Below are positions 26,432 to 36,203 of a DNA stretch of 64,000 nucleotides, piece by piece (positions within the stretch are counted from its first letter, which is position 1; every line of letters starts with the position of its first letter). Under the pieces are notes generated by a model. It did no database searches. It was not told the DNA's origin and saw nothing but the letters and a program-made list of their open reading frames with translations. The DNA lies in the NCBI GenBank assembly GCA_963703225.1, contig OY969801.1, forward strand, positions 544,001 through 608,000, written 5' to 3'. The DNA comes from Candidatus Eiseniibacteriota bacterium (lineage in GTDB: Bacteria; Eisenbacteria; RBG-16-71-46; SZUA-252). The translations under genes were made by a program, and so were the position numbers.

Positions 26432-28033
26432 ATGAGGCTTTTCATGTCATCGCCGGGTTCCTGGCGCACCCTGGCTGTTGTCGGTCTGCTGTCCGTGCTC
26501 GGGGCGTTCGCGCTCTCGTGCGCCAAGGACCCACTTCGGGTCGACCGAAACCGCCCGCCACAAACCTTCCTTGTCGCGGCGCCCATCGATACCACGGTCG
26601 ACGTGTTGTCGTACTCGTATCGGGAGCACCTGTATTGGAGGGGAGAGGACCAGGACGGCTACGTTGTCGGGTTTCTCTGGTCGTGGGACGACTCGAGTAT
26701 CAGCGCCTTTCGCTTCACCACCAAGACCGACAGCATTTTCGAGTTAACCGTGAACGATTCGATGCAGCTCTCCGGAGCCGCCGGAACCAACCCCGGGAAT
26801 TCCAAGCCGCATACGTTCTTCATCCGGGCCGTGGACAATCTGGGGAAGCAGGATCCCTCGCTCACGATCTTCAATCGTAGGTCGTTCCTGGCCGGGACCG
26901 AGCCCCCGATCGTGACATTTGTCGGCGCGATCCCCAACCTGACCGACAACATCGAGATCGACACTTTGTACGACCACACGCCGTTCAGCGTCCACTGGAC
27001 GGCACGGGATCCGGACGGATACGTGACCCGGTATCGGATCAACGTCAGCTCGTATCAGAGTCCATTCTCGACGGATTCCGCAGCCTATTTCAACGATCCC
27101 TCGCAGCCGAGCTCGGTGACCTTGGTGAGCGGTCTCTACACGATGACCGTGACCGCGGCCGACAACGCCAACGCGCTGGGGAGAGCCAATGTCCAATTCG
27201 TGGTCAACCGCGATCCGGAGACATGGTTCCTGCCCAAGAATTCGATACCAATCGGCCATTACATCCAGCCCTTCTTCAAGGGCCAGCTTGTGAATTTCGT
27301 GGGGACGTTCGCTCCCGGAGACACGGTTCCGTATCGGTCCACCGTTTGGTGGGAGTGGGATGGCGACGACTCTCAAGGCGGCGGCGAACCTGATCCTGGG
27401 CCCAACCCCAACCCGGCGGGTTGCCTCACCGGCTGGTCCTTTCTCCTGCGGCCCGGAACCAGGAACGGCAACTTGCCCTACAACATCGGCTTCCTCGACG
27501 TGCTGACCACCACGCCGACGCTGATCCGGTTCAACAACAACAATCCGGATATATTGGGACCGGCGGGATTCACATCATTGATCCTGGACTCGCTGGACGC
27601 GGGGACCGACATCATCGCCCAGGTGGCATCGAGGGACTGCTCGGAGCGGGCCGACGGGACGCCGGCAAGCTTTCTATTCCACTGCAATTTCCCGCCCACG
27701 ATCTCGAGCGTCGCGGTCAGCGACACGATCGCCGACGCGGACCCGACCGACACGAATCCGGCGACCGAGCCCTGCAAATACATCACCTGGCTTTCGGAGG
27801 ACCGCGAGGACGGACTGGCCACGGAGGCCGAGGTGAAGATCGATGACACCTTTACGGAAAAGACCCGAAACCAGATCCAGTTCCTCATCGTCCCGGATCG
27901 CGTATTTCGAGCCCTCTCGCCGGGGCCGAATCATTCCGTGAGCGTGCGCGTGATCGATCGCGCGGGCATCTTCTCCGTGCTCCCCGATGGCCAGATCACG
28001 GTGACATTCAACATGCCGTCCCCAAGGCCATGA
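26432..28033 (+). CDS. Hypothetical lipoprotein with repeated Ig/Fn3-like modules
   Basis: FALSC lipobox. Repeats of W-x-G/A-x-D-x-DG...RAVDNxG. Confidence 0.8.
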   Translation: MRLFMSSPGSWRTLAVVGLLSVLGAFALSCAKDPLRVDRNRPPQTFLVAAPIDTTVDVLSYSYREHLYWRGEDQDGYVVGFLWSWDDSSISAFRFTTKTDSIFELTVNDSMQLSGAAGTNPGNSKPHTFFIRAVDNLGKQDPSLTIFNRRSFLAGTEPPIVTFVGAIPNLTDNIEIDTLYDHTPFSVHWTARDPDGYVTRYRINVSSYQSPFSTDSAAYFNDPSQPSSVTLVSGLYTMTVTAADNANALGRANVQFVVNRDPETWFLPKNSIPIGHYIQPFFKGQLVNFVGTFAPGDTVPYRSTVWWEWDGDDSQGGGEPDPGPNPNPAGCLTGWSFLLRPGTRNGNLPYNIGFLDVLTTTPTLIRFNNNNPDILGPAGFTSLILDSLDAGTDIIAQVASRDCSERADGTPASFLFHCNFPPTISSVAVSDTIADADPTDTNPATEPCKYITWLSEDREDGLATEAEVKIDDTFTEKTRNQIQFLIVPDRVFRALSPGPNHSVSVRVIDRAGIFSVLPDGQITVTFNMPSPRP

Positions 28034-28063
28034 CCTTGCCGAGGAAGAAGGAGTAACCGGCTC

Positions 28064-30322
28064 ATGCAGCGTCGCGTCCTTGCCATCAGCTTCATTCTCG
28101 TGCTCGCTTTGGCCGCAGGGTACATCGTCGGGTGCTCCGACAGTGTCAAGCCACCGCCGCCCCCCCCACCCCTGGATCCCGAAACCGAGCTGACGTTCGC
28201 GCCGATCGAGTTCGACACGACCACCTTCCGGGTCCACTTCTACTGGAATGGGTGGGATAAGGACGGCGAAGTGGTGGGATTCTATTTCGCGACCGACGCA
28301 GACTCGTCGCTCCCGATCACCCAGTGGCACTCGACCACGGCCAAGGACACGACGCTCAAGTTTCTCGTCGACCCGATTCAGCAGGTCCGAAAGCACGTGT
28401 TCCTGATCTCGTCGTTCGACAACAGCAGCCATTACGACAAGACGCCGGCTCGGCGCACCTTCGCGGCCAAGACGGATCCTCCGACGTCAAAGATCGACCG
28501 CGGTCCCTCGGCGTTCAACCCGCAGGTGGGCCCCAACTTCACCTTTGAGTGGTCGGGCGAGGACCCGGACGGCGGAGAGACGGGCGGTAAGGCTCCAGTC
28601 GATTCGTTCGAGTATGTTCTCCTCCTGCTCGGATCCGTGGCGGAGGCGGGGCACCCGCCATTGCCGTCCTACAATGAGCGGTTCTACATCGACCTGCTCA
28701 ATGCGGCGACAGGTCCGACACTTCCCACGGACTTCCAAGGCTACGACTTCTCCGATTGGAAGTGGATCGGCGTCCACGAGCTGAAGCACCGGTATCGAAA
28801 CCAGACGCCCGGCGAATACGTCTTCGCGGAGCGGGCGGTGGACATCGCGGGGGCGACCGAAAGAGTCATGGATTTCGGCAATAACATCCGCCACTTCACG
28901 GTCAGCACCCGGAACCCCGGTCCGATTCTCAGGGTCTCGAGCAGCGTGCTCACGCTCCCGCTGCCGCCAACCTCCGGTCCTGACGACGCGCCCCGGAAGG
29001 CGCTCCAAATCTTCGAAGGAGAGACGGTCAGCTTCTCGTGGAACGCCAGCGCGGACGCGTACGGCGGCGAGGTGGTCGGCTACACGTTCGCGCTCGATGA
29101 CACGACCCTCTTCCCCGGGCTCAATCTTTTCGCGACGGGAGTCACCTACACGCCCGCGCGGCTGACTCCAGGGAATCATTTCCTCTACGTGCGCGCGGTG
29201 GATGACGGAGGTCTCCTCACGAACGCCGTCATCCCGATCCTCATCGTGCACCCCGCGTTCAAGGATCCCGGTACCCCCCGGGAAGTTCTCTACGTCGACG
29301 ACTCGATGTCGCCGGGCAACTCATTGACTCGAATCCAGGATTATCCGTCCGATACGGAGGAATCCGATTGGTGGAGTTTCACGCTCTTACACAATGCCTT
29401 GCCTAGCGGGATTCTCTTCACGGAATGGGACACGTATCGAGTGGGTTCCAGCGACGTGCAAGGGAGGAAACCGCCCGAGCCCCGCGACCTCGCCCGATAC
29501 AGCACCGTCATCTGGAACGTTGACTTCAACAACGGGGTCTCGGAGCCGACGGGTCTCTTCAAGACCCTGGTGGGCGGTGCCTATAGCGAGCTGGCGGGCT
29601 ATCTGCGCGCGGGAGGCACCCTGATCCTGACGGGCTTCGCGATCGGGTCCAATGTCGTAGAGCCTCGATCGACGGTTTATGGGAGCCGGTCCCGCGGCAT
29701 GTGCTTCTCATTGGAGGTCGGGAGTCCCGAATACATTCTCTCCTTCTTCCCGAGGATCTATATGGGGCTCGATGGGGCCTACCCGAACGACCAGGGCCTT
29801 CGGACTCTGGGGGCCAAGGACTTCATCGCGGCCTACCCGACCGTCGATGGTATCGCGGCCGGCTACGACACGGTCCGGATCGACCGCGGTCCGCTGGGCA
29901 GCGGGGCCAAGTGGACCACCTATCCGGGTTCCGGGGATCCGAATCTCAACAGCAGGCCCGGTCTGCCACAGGTGGACGGCTGGATCATGGCGCAGAATTT
30001 CGGTTGCGAGCTTGGCGCGGCCCAGGTATTCAGGCCGGAGAATCCGGGGGCATCGATCGCGCTGCCCGTCTACCGCTACCACGGGGTGAACATGGGAGTC
30101 CTCGAGCAGGCCGGACCCTCGCCGCGGGAGGGGATGGTCGTCGGAATTCAGATGCAGTCCCACAGCTTGGGCACGTCGGGGGCCACGACGTACGATCCGC
30201 GCGCCTCGCTCGGCCGGATGGTCCACCTCGCCTTCCCGCTCTATTTCTTAAGAGACGCGGACGCGATTCGAATTCTACAGACGGCGTTCAACTACGTAGA
30301 CCACTCGCCGACCCTGCCGTAG
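28064..30322 (+). CDS. Hypothetical lipoprotein (Ig/Fn3-like modules + alpha/beta C-terminal domain), paralog A
   Basis: YIVGC lipobox. PETELT..WNGWDKDGEV modules, then VLYVDD...YSTVIWN...YLRAGGTLILTG. Confidence 0.82.
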   Translation: MQRRVLAISFILVLALAAGYIVGCSDSVKPPPPPPPLDPETELTFAPIEFDTTTFRVHFYWNGWDKDGEVVGFYFATDADSSLPITQWHSTTAKDTTLKFLVDPIQQVRKHVFLISSFDNSSHYDKTPARRTFAAKTDPPTSKIDRGPSAFNPQVGPNFTFEWSGEDPDGGETGGKAPVDSFEYVLLLLGSVAEAGHPPLPSYNERFYIDLLNAATGPTLPTDFQGYDFSDWKWIGVHELKHRYRNQTPGEYVFAERAVDIAGATERVMDFGNNIRHFTVSTRNPGPILRVSSSVLTLPLPPTSGPDDAPRKALQIFEGETVSFSWNASADAYGGEVVGYTFALDDTTLFPGLNLFATGVTYTPARLTPGNHFLYVRAVDDGGLLTNAVIPILIVHPAFKDPGTPREVLYVDDSMSPGNSLTRIQDYPSDTEESDWWSFTLLHNALPSGILFTEWDTYRVGSSDVQGRKPPEPRDLARYSTVIWNVDFNNGVSEPTGLFKTLVGGAYSELAGYLRAGGTLILTGFAIGSNVVEPRSTVYGSRSRGMCFSLEVGSPEYILSFFPRIYMGLDGAYPNDQGLRTLGAKDFIAAYPTVDGIAAGYDTVRIDRGPLGSGAKWTTYPGSGDPNLNSRPGLPQVDGWIMAQNFGCELGAAQVFRPENPGASIALPVYRYHGVNMGVLEQAGPSPREGMVVGIQMQSHSLGTSGATTYDPRASLGRMVHLAFPLYFLRDADAIRILQTAFNYVDHSPTLP

Positions 30323-30440
30323 CTCGGCGGGTTCGCGTCACGATGCAGTAAGGGCGGGGACGCTCGGCCGACATGGCCGAGGGCCCCGCCTCGAGCTTCC
30401 CGCCCCCCGGCCAGCGTCCGGTGACAGAAGAGGCGTCTCC

Positions 30441-32681
30441 GTGGTGAGACTGCTCCTTGCGTTCGCGCTGTGCTCCCTCTGCGCTGCCGGGTGCGCGGAC
30501 TCCGTCAAGCCTCCGGCGCGCTCTCTCCCGATCGATCCCGAGACCGAATTGACCTACGCCCCCGTTGACGGGGATTCCGGCTATTTCCGGTTCCACTTCT
30601 ACTGGAGTGGATCGGACAAGGATGGCGAGGTGGTCCGCTATTATTTCGCGACCGACGCGGGCACGGCGCTCCCGGTCAATCGGTGGAGGAGCACCCACGC
30701 GACGGACTCGACACTCCAGTTCCAAGTCGATCCAATCTTGGCGTCGAAGGTGCACGTGCTCATGGTCTCGGCGGTCGACAACAGCGGCCGCTATGACCCG
30801 ACACCCGCCCGTCGTTCCTTCACGGCGAACACGGTCCCGCCGACTTCCAAGATCGAGCGGGGACCGTCGCCATTCAACCCGATCGTCCCCACAACGTTCA
30901 CGTTCGAGTGGTCCGGAAGCGATCCCGACGGGGTCGATGTCGGGAGGGCGGCGCGGGTCGATTCGTTCGAGTACCTGTTGCTGCAACCCGGTAAAGCGGC
31001 GGAGCCGGGACACCCAGAGCTGGTGCCATTCAATCAGGACGACTACGTCGATCTGATCAATCGTGGAGCCGGGCCAGCCTTGGCCGCGCCGTTTGATGAC
31101 TGGAAGTGGACCGGACTGCGCGCGCTGGGGAAACGCTTTCAAGGCGCCGCGCCGGGCGAGTACGTCTTCGCGGAGCGCGCGGTCGATCTCGCGGGGGCCA
31201 CCGAGAAGGCGCTCCAATTCGGAAGGAACATCCGGCACTTCACGGTCGCCGGCAGCGGTCCGGCGCCGGCTCCGGCGGGGCCCCGGCTCAGCGTCTCCGC
31301 GGACATCCTCTTCCTGCCCCTGCAAGCCGTGGGGCCCGTCGACAAGCAGCGGAAGGCCATGGAAATCCTCGAGGGCGAGGTGATCCACTTCTCGTGGGTC
31401 GCGAGCGCGGAGGCGTATGGCGGAAGGATCGTCGGGTACACCCACGCGCTCGACGACATCAGTGCCTTCCCAAATCCGGATCCGGGTCATGTCGGGGCCA
31501 CGTACACGCGCGCCCAGCTCACGACTGGGATCCACACCCTGTACGTGCGCGCGGTCGACGACGGCGGGCTTGTGACCAACGCGGTCATTCCCATCCTGGT
31601 GATCCACCCTGCGTTCAAGGACCCCGGGGCTCCGCGCGAGATCCTCTACGTGGACGATTCGATGTCGCCTGGCAATCAATTGACTCGAATCTGGAACTAT
31701 CCCTCCGACACCGAGGAGACCAATTGGTGGACGCTGAACCTGCTGCCGACGCTGGGCGTACCCTACGCCGAATGGGACACCTATCTCGCCGGCATGGAAG
31801 GTGTGGAAGGCCGGAAGACACCTGAGCTGCGGGACCTGGCCCGCTACTCGACCGTGATCTGGAACGTCGACTTCAACAACGGTGTCTCGAGCCCGACAGG
31901 TCTCTTCAAGACCCTCGTCGGGGGGGATACCAGCCCCCTGGCATCGTATCTCCGGGCTGGGGGCACCCTGATCCTGACCGGCTTCGCGATCGGCTCCAAC
32001 GTCGCCGAGCCTCGATCGACGGTCTATGCGAGCCGGACCCGCGGCATCTGTCTCTCCCTGGAGGCCGGGACTCCCGAATACGATCTCGCCTATTTCCCCA
32101 GGGTCTACATGGGAGTCGATGGGGCCCTGTCGGGTGATCAGGGCCTCCGGACTCTGGGGGGGAAGGACTTCATCGCGGCCCACCCGACCGTCGAGGGTGC
32201 CGCGGCCGGATACGACACGGCCCGGGTCGACCGCGGCCCACTGGGCAGCGGGGCCAAGTGGATCACTGATCCGGGCACCGGGGATCCAAACCTCAACAGG
32301 ATGCCCGGCCTGCCCCAGGTGGACGGGTGGATCATGGCTCGAGATTTTGGCTGCGCGGCTCCCCTATCGCTCCGACCGGAGAATCTCTCACTGCCGATCG
32401 CCCAACCCATCTTCATCTACCACGGCGCCAACAAGGGAGTGGATGAGGAGGGAGGCGCGTCGCCGCGGGAGGGGATGGTGGTTGGGATCCGGGTGCAGGC
32501 TCACGCCATGCCACCCCCCGAGAATCAACCGTACGGCACGCCGATCGAATTCGACCCGAAGATATCGATCGGCAGGATGGTCCATCTGGCCTTCCCGCTC
32601 TACTTCCTGGAGGATCAGGAGGCGATCCGGGTCCTCCGATCGGCCTTTGCCTACGTGAACGCCTCCCCGACGCTGCCCTGA
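30441..32681 (+). CDS. Hypothetical lipoprotein, paralog B (tandem duplicate of 28064..30322)
   Basis: CAAGC lipobox. Colinear with paralog A with long identical blocks; both end SPTLP*. Confidence 0.82.
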   Translation: MVRLLLAFALCSLCAAGCADSVKPPARSLPIDPETELTYAPVDGDSGYFRFHFYWSGSDKDGEVVRYYFATDAGTALPVNRWRSTHATDSTLQFQVDPILASKVHVLMVSAVDNSGRYDPTPARRSFTANTVPPTSKIERGPSPFNPIVPTTFTFEWSGSDPDGVDVGRAARVDSFEYLLLQPGKAAEPGHPELVPFNQDDYVDLINRGAGPALAAPFDDWKWTGLRALGKRFQGAAPGEYVFAERAVDLAGATEKALQFGRNIRHFTVAGSGPAPAPAGPRLSVSADILFLPLQAVGPVDKQRKAMEILEGEVIHFSWVASAEAYGGRIVGYTHALDDISAFPNPDPGHVGATYTRAQLTTGIHTLYVRAVDDGGLVTNAVIPILVIHPAFKDPGAPREILYVDDSMSPGNQLTRIWNYPSDTEETNWWTLNLLPTLGVPYAEWDTYLAGMEGVEGRKTPELRDLARYSTVIWNVDFNNGVSSPTGLFKTLVGGDTSPLASYLRAGGTLILTGFAIGSNVAEPRSTVYASRTRGICLSLEAGTPEYDLAYFPRVYMGVDGALSGDQGLRTLGGKDFIAAHPTVEGAAAGYDTARVDRGPLGSGAKWITDPGTGDPNLNRMPGLPQVDGWIMARDFGCAAPLSLRPENLSLPIAQPIFIYHGANKGVDEEGGASPREGMVVGIRVQAHAMPPPENQPYGTPIEFDPKISIGRMVHLAFPLYFLEDQEAIRVLRSAFAYVNASPTLP

Positions 32682-32690
32682 TCTGCTGGG

Positions 32691-32737
32691 GAAAAAGCCA
32701 AGAGGCCGCAGGGTTGAGACACCCTGCGGCCTCGGCT
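32691..32737 (-). terminator. Intrinsic terminator between convergent genes
   Basis: GAGGCCGCAGGGT/ACCCTGCGGCCTC stem (32702-32733). The A-run at 32691-96 gives a U-tract on the minus strand. Confidence 0.7.
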
Positions 32738-32758
32738 GTAGAACTGGCTAGCTGGTTC

Positions 32759-34660
32759 CTACTTCGCCAGCACCATCTTGATTCCGGATGAAGCCTTGTT
32801 GTCCACACCAGTGATCTTGGCGTAGTAGACGCCCGACGCCGCCTTGCCGCCGTTCGTCGTCCTACCATCCCACGACGCTTCGTGGGTCCCAACATCGTAG
32901 TGCTGGCTGGCGACGGTCTTGATGAGCGCTCCCTGGACGTTATAGAGCCGAAGCGTGTACTTGCCCGCCTTCGACACGGCAAACCGAATCTTGGTCACCG
33001 GGTTGAAGGGGTTCGGCGAGTTGCCGAGTAGGGCCACGCCCGCGGCCGGGAGGCTGCTCTGCGTCAGCTTCATGTAAGCAAAGCCCTGGAAGGTGCGGCC
33101 CGCGAGGTTTCCGTAGGCCTGCATCTTCATCGGGACGATCTGGTCAACCAGACCCAGAGCGATAATCCTGTTCGCGATCCGCCGGAAGCCCCAGACGCAG
33201 CGAAGCCGAACCGAATCGGGGAGCCCGTGGGCGATGCTGTCGAAGCAGGACGTGTTGCTCACTGGGGTGCCGGCGCCAGTGGTGAGGCCAGGATTACAGG
33301 CGAGACCCAGTAGCGTCGGGCTGTTGAGGAGGCTGGCCCGACACCGAACGCCCTCTTGCGCTGGAATCGGGGGCACGTGAGCCGGGTTCGCACTGATATT
33401 CCCACTCCCGCAGCGATAGCCAGCGTTCCTGGTCTCCGGCGGGAAGTTCATGATCGTCTGGAAGACCGTGGTCGTCATGTCGTTGATGTCCATGACGGCC
33501 GGAACCGTCGCCACGCCCATCTTCAACGGTAGCTCGCAGTTGAAGAGCGGGTTCGCGCGCCACGTGGTCACGCCCAAGCCGCCATCCTGAGAGGTGTAGA
33601 TGACGTAGTTGAAGGGGACGCCATCGTTCGTCGTGTTCAGCATGTTGGAAACGGACGGGTCCGCATCGGAGTGGGGATCGAAATTGATCTCGCACTTCGC
33701 CTGCGAAGACAGCTTGATGCTCCAGATGGTCGAGGGGCCAGCGGGATCCTCGCCGGACGGCGCGCCATAGTAGATCGTCCCACCGTCGCTGGACCAGTCG
33801 GGATCGCTATGGGACACCGATGCGAAGTTCACCTCGGCGCCTCGCGTGTAGCCGGGGGCGCCGGAGGCGAGGTCGAGGTCGATGATCTCGATGACGGCAG
33901 GGCCGAACTTGTTCGTCGAGTAGGCAATGTCATGACCGTTCGGGGACCAGGCCGGGGCGGCTTCCGACTTGTTGTCCAGGAACGTGCGCCGCGTCGCCGC
34001 CGAGGCGGTGCCGTTCACCACGTCGACGTCGGCCGTGTAGATGTCCGCGCTCCCGTTCAGGGTGTTGTCGAACGCGAGCGTGTACCCGGTGGGAGACCAA
34101 TCCGGATGCCGCACATTGTCCCCGGAGTAAACCAGGATTGGATCGCCGACCGTTGACTCAGCACCCTCGCCAGGGTCGTAGGATCCGCCGTGGTCAGCTT
34201 CGAAGTCATCGTTGACGAAGAATTCCTGAACGTAGAGCCCCTGATCGGTGCCATCTGAATTCGCCCGGACGTAGGCCATGAACCGACCATCGCTGCTCCA
34301 CGCCGGATCGAAATAGGAAATATTCGCGGCAGGATCGTTGAGCATGGGGGCGGTGTAGCCCGACTGCTGGGCGTTCAAGTGCAGCCAGATGGACCTGACC
34401 CCTTCGCGGCCCGGGACCAAGCTTCTGGTCGAGAGACTGAACCACAACTCGGCGTCGCGACCGTCGACTCCCCCAATAACCAGCGCAGACATGATCCCGT
34501 CCGCATCGATCGGACGCCAAGCCGGCTGCTCGGCCCCGTTGACGAATCCGCTGGCGTTTGTGAGCGGGGCAAACGAACCGCGAAGGTCCGCATACCCCTG
34601 AGCCGGTAGAAGCGCGGCTGCGAGCGCCAAAATTCCGATGACGCCTAGTAATTTCTTCAT
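32759..34660 (-). CDS. Secreted TolB-like (PD40) beta-propeller protein with C-terminal FlgD-Ig/T9SS-like domain
   Basis: Signal MKKLLGVIGILALAAALLPAQGYA. Repeats PAWSSDG, PDWSPTG, PAWSPNG, PDWSSDG. C-terminus NSPNPFNPVTKIRF...WDGRTTNGGKAASGVYY...KMVLAK. Confidence 0.85.
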   Translation of the reverse strand: MKKLLGVIGILALAAALLPAQGYADLRGSFAPLTNASGFVNGAEQPAWRPIDADGIMSALVIGGVDGRDAELWFSLSTRSLVPGREGVRSIWLHLNAQQSGYTAPMLNDPAANISYFDPAWSSDGRFMAYVRANSDGTDQGLYVQEFFVNDDFEADHGGSYDPGEGAESTVGDPILVYSGDNVRHPDWSPTGYTLAFDNTLNGSADIYTADVDVVNGTASAATRRTFLDNKSEAAPAWSPNGHDIAYSTNKFGPAVIEIIDLDLASGAPGYTRGAEVNFASVSHSDPDWSSDGGTIYYGAPSGEDPAGPSTIWSIKLSSQAKCEINFDPHSDADPSVSNMLNTTNDGVPFNYVIYTSQDGGLGVTTWRANPLFNCELPLKMGVATVPAVMDINDMTTTVFQTIMNFPPETRNAGYRCGSGNISANPAHVPPIPAQEGVRCRASLLNSPTLLGLACNPGLTTGAGTPVSNTSCFDSIAHGLPDSVRLRCVWGFRRIANRIIALGLVDQIVPMKMQAYGNLAGRTFQGFAYMKLTQSSLPAAGVALLGNSPNPFNPVTKIRFAVSKAGKYTLRLYNVQGALIKTVASQHYDVGTHEASWDGRTTNGGKAASGVYYAKITGVDNKASSGIKMVLAK

Positions 34661-34831
34661 CCCTTTCATCTCCTCTCTAACGCAGGTAAAAGCGAGAAGA
34701 CACCCCAAGAGGATAAGGTATACGACAGAAAGAGCCCAATCACCTCCTTACGGTATCATGATTCGAATCGAGCTAAAGCGATGTAAGTTCGCGTAATCGG
34801 GAAAGCAAGCCCCGTTTTTTTTACCTGATTG

Positions 34832-34861
34832 AGTATACAGGGGACAGGCATCAGGTGTCAA
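34832..34861 (-). promoter_or_regulatory. sigma70 promoter of the minus-strand CTD gene
   Basis: Reverse complement reads TTGACA-N18-TATACT. Confidence 0.65.
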
Positions 34862-34905
34862 GCGATTTTTGGAACTTTTGGGTGGGCCTACTGTTCAAAA
34901 ATGCC

Positions 34906-34934
34906 TTGACAGATCAGCACTTGGAACCTAGTCT
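34906..34934 (+). promoter_or_regulatory. Divergent sigma70 promoter
   Basis: TTGACA(34906-11)-N17-TAGTCT(34929-34). Confidence 0.5.
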
Positions 34935-35084
34935 GCGCCCAGATTGGATCCAAGATCGGGTCACAATCTGGTCCAATTCGGCGGGGCTATCCACCGAGCC
35001 TTGACCGCACGGCACCCCCCTTGGCACTACAATTATACGTGAAACGGCGGACCGCCGGGGCCGCCGCCGTAATGAGGGAGGTTG

Positions 35085-36149
35085 ATGTCCTTCAAGTTCC
35101 TTGTTTTCAATCGCTTGGCTGGCCTGATTTTGCTCCCCCTCAGCGCTTTGCCCGGCATCTCGGTAGCCCAGACCCCATTTCCCAAGAGCCCGACCGGAGT
35201 CCACGCCTTCTACGTTCCCGCCAGCGCCCAGAACCGAAACGTCGTAAACAACGCGACCGGGACCTTCGTCTTCCTGGTTTGGGACGGCCCAAGCGCAGAG
35301 AGCGACACGACTTGCACGCTCGTGACGAAGGTTATCATCACGATTAATCCGCCCCCCAATCCGCCTGACACAACCATTACCACGACGCTCGTCTGCTCGC
35401 CGCTTTGGCAGGGGTACCGGGTTCGGAGGACGATCGAGGGGGTAACCCCCGGAAGGCTCGGGGTGGTCGGCCAGTGGAAGTCGCGAGATACGGTTGACTC
35501 TCTCTGCCTCGCGGCCCAGGCCCCCTGCGATCCCCAGAACTTCGTCTTCACTGGGGCCGGCGTCTTCTTCAAGGGGTTCAAGAGCAATCGAGTGATTGTT
35601 CAGACATCCTCGGGTCCCGACACGACCTACATCCTCAACTATCCCCCTGGCAACCCGGTCGATGCGGACACTTCGGCCAGGATCTACGCGGATACGGGGG
35701 CGATGACGGGCTTTCGGATCGAATACGCCGTCACCTCGATCGATACGGTGCGCCAGGTAAACGCCGACTTCTATGAGAGCCCGGTCGACAGCTCCCAGAT
35801 CGTCAGGCTGACGCCGTCGACCGGCCCCGCCAGCAATCTCGAGGCGGTCGCCGTGGTGCCCAACCCTTATAAGGGGTCGGCGCAGTGGGATCCCTCTCCG
35901 AGCGAGCGGCGCATCCATTTCATCCATCTCCCCGCCGGATCGACGGTCCGGATCTACACCTCCTCCGGGGAGCTGCTTCGAACGATGACCCAGAACCCCA
36001 ACGCCAATGCCGGCGGGGTGAGTGGGGAGCTGGAGTGGGATATGAAGAACGACGGGGGCAAGACCGTCGTATCCGGCATCTACATCTACACCGTTCATCC
36101 GCCCGACGGGGGCACGCCCAAGAAGGGCCATTTCGTAATCATCAAGTAA
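35085..36149 (+). CDS. Secreted protein with VVPNPY-type C-terminal sorting domain
   Basis: SD GGAGG and signal peptide. C-terminus VAVVPNPY...IHFIHLP..TVRIYTSSGELLRT...WDMKNDGGKTVVSGIYIY...GHFVIIK. Confidence 0.8.
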   Translation: MSFKFLVFNRLAGLILLPLSALPGISVAQTPFPKSPTGVHAFYVPASAQNRNVVNNATGTFVFLVWDGPSAESDTTCTLVTKVIITINPPPNPPDTTITTTLVCSPLWQGYRVRRTIEGVTPGRLGVVGQWKSRDTVDSLCLAAQAPCDPQNFVFTGAGVFFKGFKSNRVIVQTSSGPDTTYILNYPPGNPVDADTSARIYADTGAMTGFRIEYAVTSIDTVRQVNADFYESPVDSSQIVRLTPSTGPASNLEAVAVVPNPYKGSAQWDPSPSERRIHFIHLPAGSTVRIYTSSGELLRTMTQNPNANAGGVSGELEWDMKNDGGKTVVSGIYIYTVHPPDGGTPKKGHFVIIK

Positions 36150-36203
36150 GGCCGCCCCAGACCGCTCCAGCACGGCAGGGCAACCAGGCGGCCCGGAGGA
36201 GTC

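Noticed and set aside
28064..32681. Possible diversity-generating retroelement template/variable repeats
   Set aside because: Similarity spans whole genes, the differences I inspected are mostly synonymous and not adenine-specific, and there is no reverse transcriptase.
34739..34750. ATCACCTCCTTA resembling the 16S rRNA 3' end
   Set aside because: No flanking rRNA sequence. It is a Shine-Dalgarno motif on the minus strand.
35021..35037. TTGGCAC possible sigma54 -24 box
   Set aside because: No TTGC at the -12 position (reads TTAT).
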